From: Mobula birostris
Taxonomy: Eukaryota
Length of the DNA: 64,000 nucleotides
Direction of reading: 5' to 3'
NCBI RefSeq assembly: GCF_030028105.1
Contig: NC_092383.1
Location: forward strand, 97,797,604-97,861,603
Below, piece by piece: positions 60,521 through 64,000 of the stretch (positions are counted from its first letter, which is position 1; each line of letters opens with the position of its first letter). The notes beneath the pieces are model-generated. The model worked only from the letters and a program-made list of their open reading frames with translations, was not told where the DNA came from and did no database searches. A program made the position numbers and the translations under genes.

Positions 60521-61777
60521 CTCTACCTGGAGCTAAGGGTCAAAGAAGATGAAAGGGTTAATGTTCGATGGCTTTGGGCCTGTACATTTTGAGAATGATG
60601 TGTGTGGCGGGGGTGGGGGGGGGAGTTGGTGGAATCTCGTTGAAAACCTATTGAATATTGAAAGACCCATATAAATGGACATGGAGAGAATGTTTCCATA
60701 TAGCAGGGAGACTCTTTGACCAGAGGACACAGCCTCAAAACACAATGATGTCCCTTCAGAACAGAAATACCCCTCCTTATTCCATTTCTCCCATTGTCCT
60801 CTGTGCTCTCCTATCAGACTCCTTCACCAGCCCTTTTCCTTTCCCCACCCACTGTCTTCATCTATCATCTTCAAGCTATTTCTCCATCCCCTCCCCCACC
60901 TTTTTATTCTTTTTATTCAGATATGTTTCTCCTTCCTTCTGAGACGAAGAGAGCTCAAAATACTGACTTTTTATTCATTTCTGTAGATGCTGTCTGACTT
61001 GCTGAGTTCCTCTCACATTTTGTGTGTGTTGCAAAGGAACGTGACCACAAACTCCTCTTTTATACTACAAAGCTGGTGGGATGGGTTTTCCATCAGAAAC
61101 CTGTGAGCAGATACTGGCTGACAGAGAAACAGCAGAGTACTGCCTGAATCACGATTCAGCTCTGTAGACAAAAAGCTACAGAAAGCTAATACCAAACATA
61201 CTGCAAGTTTCTAAAAGTTAAAAAAGAGGTGATTATTCGAACATAAAGCTGAAAGTTCAAGGAAAAGCGCAATTAAAAAAAAACAAATTTAGACACGAAT
61301 CCAACAATGTCACTGTGAAGAACCAGTGGTCAGGGTCAGCCAAGAGGACTGGTGCCACGGTCGACCTCTGCAGAAGGACAGGGTGGACGAGCTTCATTCT
61401 GTACATGACCTGTGCACTGGGAGTGGGTGAAGGGACAGTGTAGATGGTGGTTCCTGCATTCCCTCATTGTGTTCACTCTCTCCAAACACCATAACCACCT
61501 TTTCTCCAGACTGGATCCCATTTGCCATGTCTGTGCTCTGCTGTCATGACCATTGATATCTGGCTGCAGGCTGCAATTCCCTTCCTCAGGGGCGGGTGCG
61601 GAGAGTCTTCACTCTGTTCCCCCATGGGCTCACTGTGTGATGCAGGAACTATGTGCTGGGACACTCAGGGTCAGAAGCCAGATGAAGGGCCTGCTCCTGT
61701 ATCTGTGGTCCTCTGGGCTCTGATTCATCCTAAAGTCACTGAGTTCACCTGCTGACTGTCTCCTCTTGTCTCCTCAG

Positions 61778-62098
61778 CTGGGACTGGGGCTTCCCCTACC
61801 ACTGTGAATGGAACTTGGGGACAGTCGGTCTTCTTACCTCCTGGACTCCCAGTCGGACCGGACGTTGCTGAGGTTGTGTGGAGACTGTTAACACCCAGAA
61901 AGAAGATAGTGACATATTCAAACAAGATCAGTGACTATTACGGTCCTGAGGAGTACAAGCGACGGATAACTTTTCATCCCGGGAACTTCAGTCTGGAAAT
62001 CCGTGATCTACAGATAGAGGACATTGGTGATTATGAGGTGACTGTTACAGCAAGTTCAGGAGCACAGACTCAGAACAAAATGCGACTGAAGGTGTGCG
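61778..62098 (+). CDS. Ig V-set exon of a CD2/SLAM/HEPACAM-like receptor (no canonical B-F disulfide)
   Basis: Branch CTGAC plus polypyrimidine/AG acceptor (tctcctcttgtctcctcAG 61777), phase 1-1, donor GTGAGT 62099; (A)GTGASPTTVNGTWGQSVFLPPGLPVGPDVAEVVWRLL...YKRRITFHPGNFSLEIRDLQIEDIGDYEVTV...MRLKVC with G.SV.L, W, R, SL.I.DL..ED.G.Y motifs and two N-glycosylation sequons. Confidence 0.9.
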
Positions 62099-63081
62099 GT
62101 GAGTGAGATGCCGTGGAGGGGCCTGGGTTTCATCAGTTCCTGAAATGTCCCTAGTTAATGGGCGAGGGGTGATCCTGTGTGCTCCCCTGTTTTCTGAATC
62201 CTACTGTCTGTCTGCATCCAGAGCTGGGCTCATGGTCCCAGTGTAGTGTGGCTGAGTCAGTGTGAGGCTGGAGGACACACTCACCACATCTGCGGAGACT
62301 GGACCAGAGACTGAAGCATCGAACTGTCAATGGGGAGCCTTGTGACTCCGATGCTGGAGGGGATGAGCAGATTGAGAAGGGGGAACAGGAGAAAGGCCGA
62401 TCTGGTGGGAGGGACGGATGATTGGATCCCACTGTATCCTGTCAAAGGCCTGGTCTGTCATGTTCAGGGATCCCATTTTCCCAGGATACTGCTTGTTAAT
62501 TCCCTAGCCTGAGGTCTGAGCTCAGCAAGGTGTTTATTCCTCAGCCTTCGTGCTGTGCTGAGTGAGAGCCTGTGTATTCATTACACTGAATGTAGTGTCC
62601 CAGTGAGTGACACAGTACACGGACACAACAGCACACTCACACACACCAGTATGGTTCCTGACTCACCCTAACAGTAATATAACATTCACAATTATCTCAC
62701 TCAGCAACGTCTGTCTGAGAAATCTCCTCCACCCCAGGTTTAACGGGTTCCATTGGAGGGAGGAGAATGTCAGAACATGGGGAATAGAACATCACAGGAA
62801 CAGCTCCTCAGCCTCATGATGTGCTGCCAAACTCATTGCTAATGGAATCCAGTTAAGCTAATCCCTTCTGACTGTTCGTGCTCCATATGCCTTTATTCTC
62901 TACACATTCATGTGTGTATGTACAGCCTCTCAAAAATCTCTTTGGCCTTTGCCTCTATCACAACTCCCGGCAGCCCATTTCAGGCTCCCACCACTCTCTG
63001 TGTAAAGAAAAACTTGCCCTGCACATCTCCTTTGAATTCACCCCTGTCACTGTAAATGCACAATCTCTGGCATTAGCCACT

Positions 63082-63382
63082 TTTTAAATGATTTTTAAAA
63101 ATTTTATCGAGATACTGCGGGCAATAGGCCCTTCCGGGACTTTGAGACTCGCAGCCCAGCGATTCCCCCAATTGTAACCCAGCCTAATCACAGGGCAATT
63201 TATAATGACCAATTAACCATCCAATCGGTACATTATTGGACTGTGGGAGGAAACCAGAGAACGCAGAGGAATCCCACGTGGACATGGGGAGAATGCACAA
63301 ACTCCTTACGGGCAGTGGGAATTCAACCTGGTTCACTGGTATTGTAAAGCGTTGTGCTAACCACTAAGCTATCATGCCACCC
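63082..63382 (-). mobile_element. tRNA-derived V-SINE (HE1-like) inserted in a CR1 3' fragment
   Basis: A box GGCATGATAGCTTAGTGG, B box GGTTGAATTCC, V-domain-like GTTTGTGCATTCTCCCC...GGTTTCCTCCCACAGTCC, CR1-type tail GAAGGGCCTATT; CR1 sequence on both sides (62850-63080, 63383-63700). Confidence 0.85.
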
Positions 63383-63711
63383 CTGGGAAAAAATCCTGTC
63401 TGTCTATCATCTGTGTCCTTAAAAATGTTATAAACTTGTATCAGGTCAATCCTCAACCTCCGGCACTCAGAGGAAACAACCCAAATATGTCCAAACTTTT
63501 CTTCCAGCACATGCCCTGTAATCCGGGCACCAAGATGGTAAATGTCTGTTCCCTCTCCAAAGCCTTCACATTCTTCCTTTAATGGGGTGGCTGGAAATGA
63601 ATGCAATACTCCAGATGTGGCCTAATTAGAATTTTCAAAGATGTAGCATAACTTCTTGCCTTTTGAACTCAGTGCCTCGACTGATGAGGACAAGCATGTA
63701 AAATCCCTTCT

Positions 63712-64000
63712 TTTTTTTAATATAATTTTTATTAAATTTTCAAAATGAATACATGGAAAGATAATATCTACCCTACCTCCTCCCCTTAACCCTTCCCCCC
63801 TCCCCCCCGTATGTAGTCCTACCTAAAAAGAAAAGAAAGAGAAAAAAAGAACCGCCTGGGTATTGGGAGGTTTCCACATGCTCCATGGGATTTAAAATAA
63901 ATTTAGTATACTTATTCGTTAGTTTCCCCAAGGGACCAAGATCTTTATCGGAGCAATTAAATATGCCATCCTACCTTTTGTAAATAAGGGCGCCAGATAT
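63712..64000 (-). mobile_element. L1-clade LINE 3' end running off the window
   Basis: IWRPYLQKVG-type ORF2 end, polypurine/AT-rich UTR, AATAAA and poly(A) at ~63712. Confidence 0.6.

Noticed and set aside
61682-61723. ATGAAGGGCCTGCTCCTG... (MKGLLLYLWSSGL*) as an alternative signal-peptide exon close to the IgV exon
   Set aside because: Terminates in frame and has no consensus donor; 39432-39477 fits better
63300-63382. tRNA gene
   Set aside because: A and B boxes are the head of a V-SINE; no complete cloverleaf, and it continues into the SINE body

Overview
Eukaryotic, repeat-dense genomic DNA from a cartilaginous fish (shark or ray; inferred from an HE1-type V-SINE and elasmobranch-style CR1 and Penelope repeats). 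Most of the window is nested, decayed retroelements: CR1, Rex1/Babar, Nimb/I, L1, RTE, two Penelope-like families with hammerhead-ribozyme pLTRs, a class I endogenous retrovirus (ERV) and a hAT remnant. The only host gene detected is the 5' part of a CD2/SLAM-like Ig-superfamily receptor on the + strand. It has a probable signal-peptide exon at 39432-39477 beside a CpG-rich tandem array, and a clear IgV exon at 61778-62098. The standout observation is on the - strand at 31397-34774, where an ERV remnant reads integrase -> intronless AP1B1 (beta-1 adaptin) trunk CDS -> env TM remnant -> PPT -> LTR. The cellular mRNA sits in place of most of env, with its ATG overlapping the stop of the truncated pol frame. 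This is the architecture of retroviral gene transduction rather than an ordinary L1 retrocopy. Other notable items: apparently intact minimal hammerheads, a templated LTR insertion with fold-back palindromes, and an unexplained decayed acidic repeat ORF at about 12.5-14.1 kb. All calls are by eye; boundaries of decayed repeats are approximate and family names need database confirmation.
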